Assembly (NCBI GenBank): GCA_029717555.1
Contig: JAMDHS010000076.1
Coordinates: 1 to 64,000, forward strand
Reading direction: 5' to 3'
Length of the DNA: 64,000 nucleotides
Source of the DNA: Peribolospora baueri
Taxonomy: Eukaryota
The position numbers and the translations under genes are program-made. This document shows positions 1-11,450 of the stretch, piece after piece; the stretch's first letter is position 1, and each line of letters begins with the position of its first letter. The notes under the pieces are model-generated. The model saw only the letters and a list, made by a program, of their open reading frames with translations, was not told the origin of the DNA and ran no database searches.

Positions 1-126
1 TTTCTTTCTTTTTTTTTTTTTTTTTTTTTTTTTACCGTTTCGTTCGGTCCCCTTGCTTCTGAGTGTCTTTGGTCTTTTCTGACCCCCGCCTTTTTTTTTT
101 GTTCCTTTTCATTTTTCCGATCACAG

Positions 127-474
127 CCCGGCGGCAGTTCGCCCACTGGCCGCATCGCCCCATCCGGTCTGCTCTACGCCCACGCCTCTGGTTCCGCTTC
201 GGACTCGAACAATGGACCGACGGACTTGTCCGCGTTCACGCTAGGCGCGGCCGCGGCGGGCGTCGTGTCGGAGAGGAGCGCGGAGGACATTATCGAGGCT
301 ATATTTAATCGCCGGCCGGGGACGGACGCCGTGTCGTCGCTGTTGGCGCCTAGCGTGGCTCGGAGGGAGCATGTGCGGAGGGGGAAGGAGGGGGAGGGGG
401 AGGGGGGACACGGGAGGAGGAGTAGAGAAGGGTGGACGAGCGCGTCGGAGGTGGACGACGAGGGCGATCGATGA
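127..474 (+). CDS. Probable terminal exon of an unknown gene entering from the left edge
   Basis: Branch CTGAC at 79-83, a T-rich tract and acceptor CACAG ending at 126. The frame is open from 127 (PGGSSPTG...SAEDIIEAIFNRR...) to TGA at 474. No family recognised. Confidence 0.4.
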   Translation, partial: PGGSSPTGRIAPSGLLYAHASGSASDSNNGPTDLSAFTLGAAAAGVVSERSAEDIIEAIFNRRPGTDAVSSLLAPSVARREHVRRGKEGEGEGGHGRRSREGWTSASEVDDEGDR

Positions 475-1769
475 CTTGGGATGACGACGACAGGGCGCAG
501 ATCCGATTCGAAACGTTTTTTTTTTTACTCACTTGTAACTCCGTACACGCGCCCCACCCACATCAGCACAGCATGTGCCTACAGACAGCACTTTTAGTCC
601 TATATTTTCTCTCCTCTTTCGCTTTACTCGTCACGTCCCACTTCCTGTTTGCGTCTCCCCCCCCTTCGTCGGTCGTCTCGCCCTCCGCTCCACCCGAGTG
701 CGGATCGAGTGCGATCTTTGTTCGCTTTCTCCGGCGGCGGCGCGCCCTTTTTGTCGTTTCTGTTATGTTTTCTGTTTCTGTTTGTGTTGCGTGTATTGGA
801 TCCGCTCGGAAGGGGTGGTACGAAAGTGGATATTCAGTCGGTCCGGTCCGGATAGGCAGGCGTCTTTTGTGTGTTAACGAACGCAGGCAGGCGACCGTCA
901 GTCATCCTTGCGGCGCCCGAAGAAAGGGAAGAAAAATGGACTCGATTTGATGCGCGCTGGCTCTCCTACTTCTGCTGCTGCTGCTGCTACTACTAGATTG
1001 GGTCCCTTGGCCGGGACATGGCGTAAATGGGTTCGGACGGGCTCGTGCGCATGTGCGCTTTTCCATCCACACGGACACGGACACGGACACGGATAGGCCG
1101 CGCATGAAGGAAAGCGGTGTAACCTCGCAAGTTAAGTCATTTTGCGATCGGCGTTGGGCCTGGCGGTGCGGTGCGGTGCGGTGGGTGCTGCTCGCCTCGG
1201 GGCTTTGTCGCCCCCCCAATTCATCGCCTCCTTGCACTCGCCCGTTGTTCGAAGAACCTTTCTGGCGCATAGACCTAAGACGGGAGACACATTCCATAGA
1301 CACCCGTCACCCTCCCCCCAGCCCCCCATCCGACTTTGGCGTAACCGTACTGGTTTTCCCTCGACCTGCGCCGTTTTCGTATGGTCCGACGACGGAGAGC
1401 AAAGGACATGAGGACGTGACGTGACTCGACTCGACTCGACGCAGGTCATGGATGGAGAGACCCAATCAAGCTCGGTAGCGAGGCCCCGGCCTCGGGCGCT
1501 GCGACGAGACAGACAGGAGGGCAGCAGAACTGAGAGAAAGCCCGGCGAGGCGGACGCGCTCTTCTTTCCTCCCGGGACCGACCGACCGACGCTCGGACGG
1601 AGGGTGGCTCGGACTGAGAGCGAAGAGCAACAAAACGGGCGGACACGAAAAGCGTTGAGAGAGCGACCGCCCTAGAAATACGAAGGCGCCCGACTCGACG
1701 CTCCTTTTCCCTCCCCAACCTCCACCCTTTCCACCCCTCCCAAATCCGAATTCTCCACCCTCCCGTCCC

Positions 1770-2140
1770 GGAGGACTTTTGGTCCATTGGTCGTTGATCT
1801 CGACCGGTGAGATGAGACGAGAGACGGGTGGGATGGGCCCGCGTCTTCTCGTCAGCATCGACATCGACGGTCAGACGCGGTCCTACTCGGCGCCCTAGGG
1901 GAGCGCCCGACTCATCTGCCTGGCCGTCTTTTTGCCTTTGAACGTCTCTTTGGAGATCTTGGGTCCAGTCGGCTTGGCCGACGTCGAGGATGGCGTCGAG
2001 GAGGCGAAGCCTCTCCTCGTCGGATCACGCCGTCGACGGGCCCTTGTGTCGCTTCTTCGCCTTGGGCGGCGACGACGCCTCGGCGGACGCCGGCGTGCTG
2101 CCCGTCGTCGTCGCGTTCCACCTTGGGGTTCGACTGTCAC
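1770..2140 (-). pseudogene. Decayed Myb/SANT-domain gene
   Basis: Minus strand reads ...KAKKRHKGPSTA*SDEERLRLLDAILDVGQADW(T)-frameshift-KISKETFKGKKTARQ|intron 1915-1799|INDQW. TGA (2027-2025) sits at the first Myb Trp, there is one extra C near 1961-1963, and the donor reads ATGAGT instead of GTGAGT. Confidence 0.6.
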
Positions 2141-2610
2141 GCGTGGCGACGGCAGAATTTTTTATTTTTATTTTTATTTTTTTGTTTTTTTTATATCTTT
2201 ACGGGCGAGGGTGGGAGGAAACGTCCATGAGCGGCGGTCAAGCCACGCGGTGGTAGAGACTAGAAGCTTATTTACCATGGACATGAGGGCGATCTGGAGG
2301 GGACGACTTGAGGACCGTTCAAAAAGCCTCACTGAGATGAGCGCTCGAAATCTCGTCCTGCGATCGTATTTTCGTATGCGTGCTAGTAGTGTCAACTTTG
2401 TGACGATGAGAGAAGATCGTCCTCATTTTCCTTGCCTGTATGTCGCAAGGCGTTCCCTGGAATAAGCGCAAGAAGAAAAGTGACCTTTGAGGCGAGGACA
2501 TATAAGTCGAGTCCGCTGTGTCCTCCTTTCTGTCTTCCAGCAGCGACGGCTCAAGAGGATGTCAATTGCCAATTCGCCCCATCTCATATCTGTACAGGTC
2601 CTCGTCCCGC

Positions 2611-4034
2611 TCATGCAAACTCCTCCGCTTTGCCCGAGACGAGGAGGCCGACTGGAGAGTGCGAAGAGGGCAAGGAGCGCAGAAGGGGGTTCGTGAGGTT
2701 CGAGAGCAAGAGAAACCAATCAGCACGCACGACCAGTGAAATCGGAACGACATCCCGGCCAAGTCGATGAGACTCACTGATAAGGCCGAACAACCCCAAA
2801 ATACTGCTGAATACCTCGATGATGAGGATCTTGACGAAGAGGCCAGGGTCGGCGGCGTCTGCGAGCGCCGCGTTGGAGCCGGTGATGCCGACTGCGATGC
2901 CACACATCAGGTTGCAAATGCCGACCGTGAGGCCGCCCCAGAAGAGAGCAAAACCTGTTCAAGACGTACAAAAACAAAGAGAAGGGACACGGCGAGAACA
3001 TGAGTACTCTCGTTGGTTCACGCTGAACACCCTGTAAGCTCATAAGCGGACGACGAACCGGTGTAGTAGTTGCCCTTTGTGAATACGCTCTCAGGCGTGG
3101 TTATGTTGCCTGTGATCTTGGAAGAGAACACGATTGCCATGATGACACCGTAAATGGCCACGACTTCTGCAAAGATGATGCTGTTCGAAGTGGGGGCGTG
3201 TGTGTGGAACGAGCGACGCGTATGAGCGAATGGGGTATGAAGGTCAGAGCTGGAAGCGGGGAGCAGACGCAGCCCTGCACGAAAGGCGCGACCGACATTA
3301 TGCAACGACGATCGAACAGTACACTGACCTGATCAGGTTCTTCGTTCGAATTCGCGGTGCTCGAACACCGCCGCCCAAAATGGAAGAGCCGGTCACAAAG
3401 ATACCCCTGCAAAAAGTGATGGCGGCGGCGAGTGAGGGAGGAATAGCGCGAGGGAAGAATCGGTAAGCGCGAGGGGCAGAGTACGTAAGGGGGGATGTGA
3501 ACATCCCCCGGATAATGCCAAAGGAAAAAACCGCTTCCTTGTCCTTGAGCCTGTCCGCTCCACCAAAAGAGCATCAACAATTCCAGAGCCAGCGCTTTCA
3601 CTCCTAAGAGTTGCCAGCAAGCATGATAGCACTCTCCTTATGCCGCCGACCTTTCGTTCGAGAGTCCGAAACAACAAAGTGACCAGCGCTATAATGTGCC
3701 GAGACTCACCAACCCGCGCCAATGGTACTCAAGCCAATGCACAGACCAATGCCCACCATGGCCCATGCGTACGGTGATGTCTCCTCTAAGAACTGGCCGA
3801 TGTTGAACGCTTCGCCGGAACCTGCAGAGGAGAGGAGCGGAACCGGAGTCCGGTGGCGAGTCGGAAAGAGAATGCGAGCGCGTGCGAGAAACGGCGATGG
3901 GACGTTCTCAGGAGAGCACATAACAAAAAAGGTGGTGGAAATGGACGAAAGAACGCACCTGTGAAAAGCAGATACAGGCCGACGACCGTAGCGAGCGAGA
4001 CGCTCGTCGCAGCGGTGTACGTCAACGCGTACAT
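2611..4034 (-). CDS. VMA16: V-ATPase V0 proteolipid subunit c''
   Basis: Six exons (4034-3959, 3821-3710, 3406-3329, 3180-3059, 2954-2778, 2651-2611), all GT-AG. Motifs [37 protein letters not shown] and [21 protein letters not shown]. Confidence 0.96.
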
Positions 4035-4338
4035 TTTGCCTCCTCTTCGGTTTCCTCCCTCTCGTAAGCAGTATGCACGGTGTAGTCAAGCAGAGCCGCG
4101 CAGGCGTCAGTGATAATATAAGGGGAGCAAGATGGGAAAGGAGGGAAAAGAGGAGCGAGGTGATGAACAAGTATGAGATGTGAGATGTGGGTTGACCAAC
4201 CCCCGGTCAACCTAGGCGGCGGCCGGGCGTCGTGCACGTGCCGACTGCGGCGAGATGGGCCCACGCCGGCCACACGACTCGAAAGTGGAGACCGACGACG
4301 ACGACGACGACGACGACGATGATGTCGGGGCGACGACG

Positions 4339-5003
4339 ATGAACAGACAAACGCAGATCCGAGCTGTGCGCGGTGAGCTCGCCTACGGGCACACAGGGAG
4401 GATCAGATTGCAGCGAGCGAGGCTTTGCGTTCTCTTGACTGACCGGTCCGCATCGTATGTCTGCCATGCACCTTATAGGCACACTCATCACATGGTCAGT
4501 CTCCGCGCTCCCCGTTCAAGTTTCCTTCTCCTTCATATAGCCAGGCCATGGCTCACGGACAAATGAAAGCGAGGAAGCCTTGGACGCTGGACAGTTGGTG
4601 TTTTCTAGCTCGCGCGCGACTGACACCCACTTATTCTTTCACCCCCGGCACGCGCGACCGCCCTACCAGCGACGCAGCAGTGAAGACCCTGATAGTGCTG
4701 CTCAACGAGCGCAACCGGAACATGTACATCATCCAGGAGCTTGACGACACGCATCTTCTTATCAACGGTGACCAGCTGGACAGGCTCAGACAGGAATTGG
4801 AGGTCGAGGTGCGTTAGACGACATCCCATATTTATACCTTGACGCCATCCGTGCCTTTCGAGCACGGGTGTCCAACCTAGTCCTTAGGATAGCTCTAACA
4901 AGACGCCATCTTTGTTTCACACTCCTGACGATCTTCCTGAATTGGCTCTTGGGAACGATTCGTGCAGCTCGAGAAGAACACATATGTCCTGGAAGCTGAA
5001 TGA
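4339..5003 (+). CDS. TFB5: TFIIH subunit Tfb5/p8
   Basis: Exons 4339-4372, 4479-4494 (16 nt), 4670-4808 and 4968-5003 give IRAVRGTLITCDAAVKTLI...YIIQELDDTHLLI...LEKNTYVLEAE*. The start could instead be the in-frame ATG at 4255. Confidence 0.92.
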
Positions 5004-5299
5004 TTCCACATCGGCCAGCCGCGCCGCCCTACTCGAGTCCTGACAGAGATCTGTCTCGCGCCGGATGGGTCGGTGCTCGGTAGTAGCACATTCACTGTAT
5101 TTGTACAGATTCCTCCACGCATAATAAGATCGGCCTTTTTGCTTCCCCCGCTCTCGCCAACTTTGCGCGGTACAGCTCGTTTGCCTTCCGCCCACACTTT
5201 TTGCGGACAGACGTAACGTGCATGCGTGCGATCACGATTGCGTGCGCCCATTAGGGCCTATAGCAACATACGGAGCCTCTCTCCTTCAACCCACTCTTC

Positions 5300-7602
5300 T
5301 CAAGGCCAGTCCTCATCCCCCTCGCTGATATCGCCCTCGGCAATCTCCTTGACCAACTCGCGCTCGCGGTCGCGCGCCTCTGCGGCCGAGGCGAGCTCCT
5401 TTCGGTGCGCGTTAAGCGGGTAGCGCATCGCCTGGAGGAAAACGAAGACAGAAAATGAACGAGGTTGGAGCGGGTTGGGCGTTGGAAAGGACAGAGCGAT
5501 CAGATATCGGAGTCTGCAAAGCAAAAACTCTCGTCTCGACCGACACGGTCGCTCACCTTAACGCTCTCGTTATGAAGCTGCAAGCAGAACTGGATCCTCT
5601 GATGGAACTGCTGCTGCGGCTCGTTGGTGGCGTACACGTCCACCGTCTCCTTACTCATCATGTACCCCTTCTCGTGGTCCAACTTCGCTACGATCACGTC
5701 GTCCCGGATGGCCTTGGCTGCAATATACTCGGCGTCCTCTTCGCTATCCAGGTGCAGCTTGAGGCAGATGTCACGAAGGGAGATGCGGGAGTAGGCGAGC
5801 GAGATCATACGGATACCCGTCTTGATTACGTTGTGCCGGAGGCGGAGGATGAGAGTGTTCGTCTTGTCGGCGAGGAACTGAGAAGAGTACGTCTGCAGGG
5901 TGGATTGAAAGAGAGACAAATCTCCCACTCGGACGGCTAAGCGAGGAGGACGACAGAGCGGAAGGATGCAAAGTGAGTTGCGTCTTCTCGCTGTTCATGG
6001 ACACTTGGCTGTCACAAACTCACCCTGAACGATGTGAAGGTACGGCCGCAAAGCCTTCTCGAGTACAGGTTGACGGAAGATCGACCGGTCCGGGATGTCT
6101 CCCATGAGGAGTTCGACGATGACGAAGAACTTATAAACCTAAAGCCAGCAAAGTCAGGAAAGAAAAAAAAAATGTAAGCCGCGAAACGAGGGGATGTGGC
6201 TACGTGCGAGCCTCAAAAGACCCACCGTCTGCTGGAAACCTGGAGCCGTGGTCGGACTGGGTGCTCGCCTGATGGCTTGCTGCAAATTGCTATGTGCCTC
6301 TGAATAATTAAGCTGAATAGCCTTGATGCGGCCTGGAAAGATAGACGAAAAACAATAGTGCTTAAACTAGTCAGCTAACGCCTCCAACGGGCCGAAGCCC
6401 TTGGCTTCATGCCGTGCTCACCCAAATAGTACTGGTATCTCGCCAACTGGGGGTTCGGAGCCGATTCTGGGAAGGTGCTCTTAGAAACGAGCTTGTCGGC
6501 CTGATCATAGAGGTTGTATTGGAAGTAGTTCCTGAGCAGCAAGTTGATCAGCGTGGCTTGCGTCTCGTCATCGTGGCGGAGAGACGCCGTTCGCTGGGCG
6601 GCGAGAAGTGTTCTGACCATCCAAAGCAGCAAAGAATCGGGCGAAGAACGGGATGACGCAGGCTGTGTCAGAAGGAAAGGCTCGCAGGGGAGCCAAGGGT
6701 GTTAAGATGAGCGACTCACGGCCTGATCTCAGCCAATCGGTCAGTCAGCTCATAGAAGCGGCCGTAGAAGAAGTACAGCCGAGCGGCCAGCTGGTCGAGC
6801 GTTCGGCGGTTGCTCGACTGGACCTTGGAGATGGACTCGTTCGCGAGAGCGATGCCCTGATAAGATCGAAGACGTCGTTCATTGAGCATACCGTCGCTTT
6901 CGTGCTGGCGATCGAGAGTGGGGCGGAAGATAGAACTAGACTCACCTGGTCGCACATCTTCTGATCCAGCAGCCAAATCAACAGCAACAAGCGTATGTAC
7001 GCATCGACCTCCGGCAGGGTCTCACCGAGCGGCTGTTGTTGCTGCTCCTTCTTGGCGTTCATTGAAGGCGCGGGAACGGCGTCGATGTCCACCTCCATGT
7101 CGTTCGAAGACCGGGAGGGAAGGTAGGAGAGCAGGTTCTTCTGGTTTGGCGAGTCTACATGGGCGAGCGAAAACATGCAACATGACATGAACAATCCAAT
7201 CCAAGGCACAGACGGAGATACGTGCCTCATCGTAGTACACGAGTTGCGTACTCACCCTTGACGTATACATCGCGGATGGCGTTACGAAGGACGTCCGTAT
7301 TGAGCCGCCTGCGAAGAGAGGTAGTGGTGCGAAGGACGCGGGTGGTGAAGCGAGACTCGATGTTGGCGACCGCCTTGTCGAGCAGCGACACGTTATGCTT
7401 GATGTCTGCAAAGCGCATGAATTACACAGGATGGGCCAATGACATCGCTCAGGACATGTTCGACCGTCACCGCCGTCCCATCAAGACGTGCCTCACCGTT
7501 CAAAGCAGCCACACTAGGATCCACTGCGGGCTGCTGCTCCTTGGAGACCTTCTCGCTCGCCTCGTTCGCGGGCTTCATCTCAACGTCCTTGTCAGCACCC
7601 AT
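5300..7602 (-). CDS. RPN3: 26S proteasome lid subunit Rpn3/PSMD3 (PCI domain)
   Basis: Multi-exon. Motifs [74 protein letters not shown]. Confidence 0.96.
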
Positions 7603-7894
7603 GGTGATGATGACGACGACGATGCTCTATGAAGGAAGAAAAGCGCAAGGGTAGAATGCTGGTCGACGTCGAGAAGAAGGTCTTATCGACCGACCCACTC
7701 TACCTCGTCCGTCAGTCAGGCCGCGCGTCGATTGCTCCGATCACTCCTAACCCTACTTTGCTCCCCGCTGCGCACATGCACCCGCAACGCATGCTGGCCA
7801 TCACGACCCGACCTGGAAGAACTGGTAACACTTGGTTGACCTGACCACTCGGCGAGCTCTCAGTCCGCCCTCTTCCCGCTCATCCACTCCCGCC

Positions 7895-9212
7895 ATGCAG
7901 CTCACGGCCGCCTGGCGAAAGTCGCTCCTCGCATGTGCGCTCGCCCTCTGCGCCTCGGCGTCCTCGCCGGCGCTCGCCAAGGGCTTCGTCGTTGAGAACG
8001 GCCAGTTGGTCGTCACCTCTAGCACCGGCATCGAGACAAGGCGGGAGAGGTGAGTGTGGTGGAGCTTAGCTGGCCTGCGTCGGTGGCCCGTTGCGACGGA
8101 CAGAGTCCCGCTCTTAGCGAGCTAGTCGCGCCGTCTGATGTCTGTTTTCCGCGCATCTCTTACTCGCTCGCTCTCTCGCACCCGCCCAGCTTCTCCTCTC
8201 CCAACCCGGTCGACCCAGTGACCCTCTCCGCGCGCGACACGCTCAAACTGACCTTCAACGTCAAGGACGAGACGCTGCCCTCGGACTCAAAGGTGTACGT
8301 GCCGCACCAGTCCTTCCTCTCCTTCATCGACCAGGACTCCGGCTTGGACCATATCGAGCGTTTTAACGTCAAGCCCGGCACGGGCAAGGCCAAGTACGAG
8401 CTGGTGCGTTCTCGTTTCGAGAGCTCCGACGGCACGCAGCCTTCATCCTCCGTGTGTGTTTCCTCTTCCTTCGCTCATCCTCCGTCCTCCCTCACAGGAC
8501 CTCGCCCGCCTCCCGCCGCCGCTCGCCTTCTCCACGGGCAAGCTCACCCTCTCCCTCCAGTTTGGTCACTTCTCTCACCCGTCTTATGCCTCGGTCCCCG
8601 ACCCCCTCAATTACAACCTTACGACCCTCCACATCGACCCCTCCATCCTACGATTCCCGCCCCCGAACAAGGCTGCCGATGAAATGGGTTTTGAGGTTCA
8701 AGAAGGCATCGAGCACCAGTTCAATCCCCCGCAGCGTTTGCCGCCTATGTGGAAGAGCGTCGCGGGCAGCTTGCTCGTCATTGCGCCGTGGCTCGTCCTG
8801 CTCGGCTCTGTGAGTTCCGATACGGTTGCATCTGCTACGCAGCCGCCCTGCCGAAGCCATTTGCATTTTATTGAGCGAGGCCCAAGCCCCAAAGCCAGTT
8901 ACGAGTGACGTTTCGGGCTGCGCCGCGAGCTAACTCCCGTGTCCTTCTCCTCTCGCTCGCCCCGTCGCCGTCCTCCTCACCTTCCCGTCTCATTAGTGGG
9001 CCCTCCTCGCCCCATCCCTCCGAGCGCCTAACGCCCGCACTGTCCCTTTCCTCCTCTCCCTCCTCTCCCTAGAGTGGCTCGCCTACAAGTTCTGGACCAC
9101 CCTCACCCTCTTCCAGGTCCTGCCTTGGTTCTTCGGCCTTAGCGTCGTCACCTTCTTCACTGGGCGCGAGGCACTCGGACAGATGAGGGGTTGGAGGGTC
9201 AAGGGAGAGTAG
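7895..9212 (+). CDS. SWP1: Oligosaccharyltransferase subunit ribophorin II / Swp1
   Basis: Signal peptide (MQLTAAWRKSLLACALALCA), PHQSFLSF, IEHQFNPPQRLPP, three C-terminal TM segments and a GREAL...R tail. TAG ends at 9212. Confidence 0.88.
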
Positions 9213-9926
9213 ATGGGAGGGCGATGGTGGGCCAAGCTCTGTTCTGGTCCCACTTGATGGCTTTGCTTCGTCCTGCATGCTCGAAAGCAACCTCATTAGT
9301 CTTCCTTGGCGAACATCTTTCGTGATACTTAGCGTCCTGGCGTCCACGCCACTCGCGAAGCTGGCTAAAGCATGTCAAAGCATGGGAAGGGCGAACGATA
9401 ACGCACTACGGCCTGTGCGTCCTCCTAAACTGGATTCTGTCGTTATACACGGTTACGCGACCGCAGACCTTAAAATCGAGAGCCGACGGCGTTCTCCCCT
9501 CAACTTTTAGGTGGGTAGCAAGGGAAAAGCCGCTGAAACGTTCGAGAACGAAAACGTGAATGATGAAGAAACAAAAGCCCGTCCGCCTGTTGTCCGGACG
9601 ACAAAAGTCCGTTCGCGTCCCACAAAGCGATGGAATCCAAAGTCATCGACCCACAACCTCCTCAATGCCGCCTCGTGAGGGAACTCGACCAGCCGAGCCA
9701 GAGCGATTGATCCGAGTGACTGGCCCCGCGTTTAAAATAAACTCATAAAACCTGCTCGCCTGTCCAGATATTGGGAATGTTGTGAAAGGCTCTGATGCCA
9801 GCCGTAGATCCAAAGTTCAAGAAACTGACGCGCAATCTTGAGGGCAGAGAAATGCTGGGATCGTCATAGCATGGGTCCGGATCAAATAATGGGTACATGG
9901 TGATGAGAAAGAGAAAAGACCCTTTT

Positions 9927-10643
9927 TTACGCCACGAGCTGTGAATAAAGGTAACAAAACGTCAGAGAGCCTTCTCAAAGCAAAAATGAAGAGGTCGTTG
10001 GAGGTGAAACTTACCTTGACGACACCACCAGCCTCCTTAATCTTGCCCTCCGCAAGCCTGCTCACGAATCTGTGCAGATGCGACGGAGATAAGTGTTAGA
10101 CGGATCGGTTCACACTACTTCAGTTCTATATCAAACGCAAAACGCTCACCGAGCCTTCACAATGAAGGGCAGCTTGGGCAACCGACCCTTGCCGAGCACC
10201 TTGCTGTAGCCGGCAGCGAGGGTGTCGATGACGGGGACCTCGGTCGAGTCAGCAGTGAGGTTCTCGCGCTCCTCCTCAGGAACGAGCGTCCAGAGCTTGT
10301 CCAAGTTGATGATCGGGTTCCACTGGCTCTGGCGGGTGAGGTGGTACTGGCGCATACCGACCTTACCGAAGTAACCGGGGTGGTACTTGTCGAAGTTAGT
10401 GCGGTGGTGGTGCTCTGAACAAATAAAAAAATTCGTAGGCATGGGCGGGGCAGTCGGCCATCAGCAACGGTCCCCCCTTCATCTCCGTTGCAACTTCACG
10501 CCGCATCCACCAAGTCTGGATAAATACTCACGACCACCGGCCAAACCACGACCACCGGGGTGCTTGCGGTGCTTGCCGATGCGACCGTAACCGGCCGAGA
10601 CGTGGCCACGGTGCTTCCTGGTCTTGGTGAAACGAGTCGGCAT
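9927..10643 (-). CDS. RPL28: 60S ribosomal protein uL15 (L27a / yeast L28)
   Basis: [67 protein letters not shown]. Four exons. Confidence 0.98.
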
Positions 10644-10828
10644 GGCGCTCTTGAGGAATAAGTGGTGAGAGAAAGTATAGCTCCGGTTTAGACTTGGGTC
10701 AGCGATGATGCCTGGCGACACCTGGGACCTTCCAAAGCCAGGCCGCAGCAGATTGCTTCACACGGGCAACACCGTGAACAGCTACATAGTACCACGCTCA
10801 TATGATCAGGTGACAAGCTTGTACTGTG

Positions 10829-10841
10829 ACCCTAACCCTAG
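10829..10841. promoter_or_regulatory. Telobox/Tbf1-like ACCCTAACCCTAG in the RPL28 / RPB11-host divergent promoter
   Basis: Two overlapping CCCTA(A) units lie between the RPL28 ATG (10643) and the first leader exon of the snoRNA-bearing transcript. Confidence 0.4.
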
Positions 10842-11000
10842 TTCTGTTTATGAAGCGCTGCGGCATTGTGCTTGGCCGCAGCGTCGCCAAACCACTGCAG
10901 AACGCCAGCCTCCGACAGGAAGTTGGGGCCATCCGTCAACCGTCATACCGAGGATGGGGTGAGTCAAACGCTCATCTTTGGCCCCTTGTCGCTCGCGATG

Positions 11001-11095
11001 CTCGCATGATGGCGCTTTGGCGTATATTTATTGTCGACGACTCTCCTCCCTTTTCTTGGAGGGCGGGGTATGAGTTCACTCGTGTCCTGACCAAA
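11001..11095 (+). ncRNA. Intronic box C/D snoRNA, SNORD56/U56-like (18S, human Cm517-equivalent site)
   Basis: Lies in intron 10959-11184. Box C ATGATGG at 11006-11012; guide TATTTATTGTC at 11025-11035 is complementary to 18S GACAAUAAAUA; hairpin and C'-like ATGAG; box D CTGA at 11087-11090; 8-bp external stem GCTCGCGA (10991) / TCGCGAGC (11120). Confidence 0.7.
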
Positions 11096-11450
11096 TCGGC
11101 CGAGAACCTTCAAAGCTGTTCGCGAGCCAGTCCCGCTGATCGTCGCAGCTGTTTTGTTCTTTTCGCTGACTTACGCGTCTCCAGATCACCGCCCTTTGCA
11201 CGCTACGTATAACCGCTTACAAGTGAGTCAATTTATAATGCATTGGGTCGCGAAGGGAAGATGATCAACATCTTCAAATGCTGCGATTTCCCATAAGCGT
11301 TCAAACATATTGCGTTATTGTCCCGAGCCTCGTCGCGTTCATTGCTCTGGTTGCGTCTTTGAAACTCACGAGTCGATTTCTTTTCTGTTGAACGATACGG
11401 CCATTGCAACGCTTTGAAAGGTGAGCTCCTTTCCAGCTCTCCAGTTCCGA

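Noticed and set aside
1..33. Poly-T run at the window start as a retroelement tail
   Set aside because: It fits an intronic pyrimidine tract upstream of the acceptor at 126. No element body or TSD is visible.
1060..1445. Short tandem repeats (CACGGA, GCGGT, CGACT)
   Set aside because: Ordinary microsatellites with no spacers, so not CRISPR-like.
9555..9800. ATGATGA (9560) with a distant CTGA, as a snoRNA between SWP1 and RPL28
   Set aside because: No terminal stem, no recognisable rRNA guide and no intron context.
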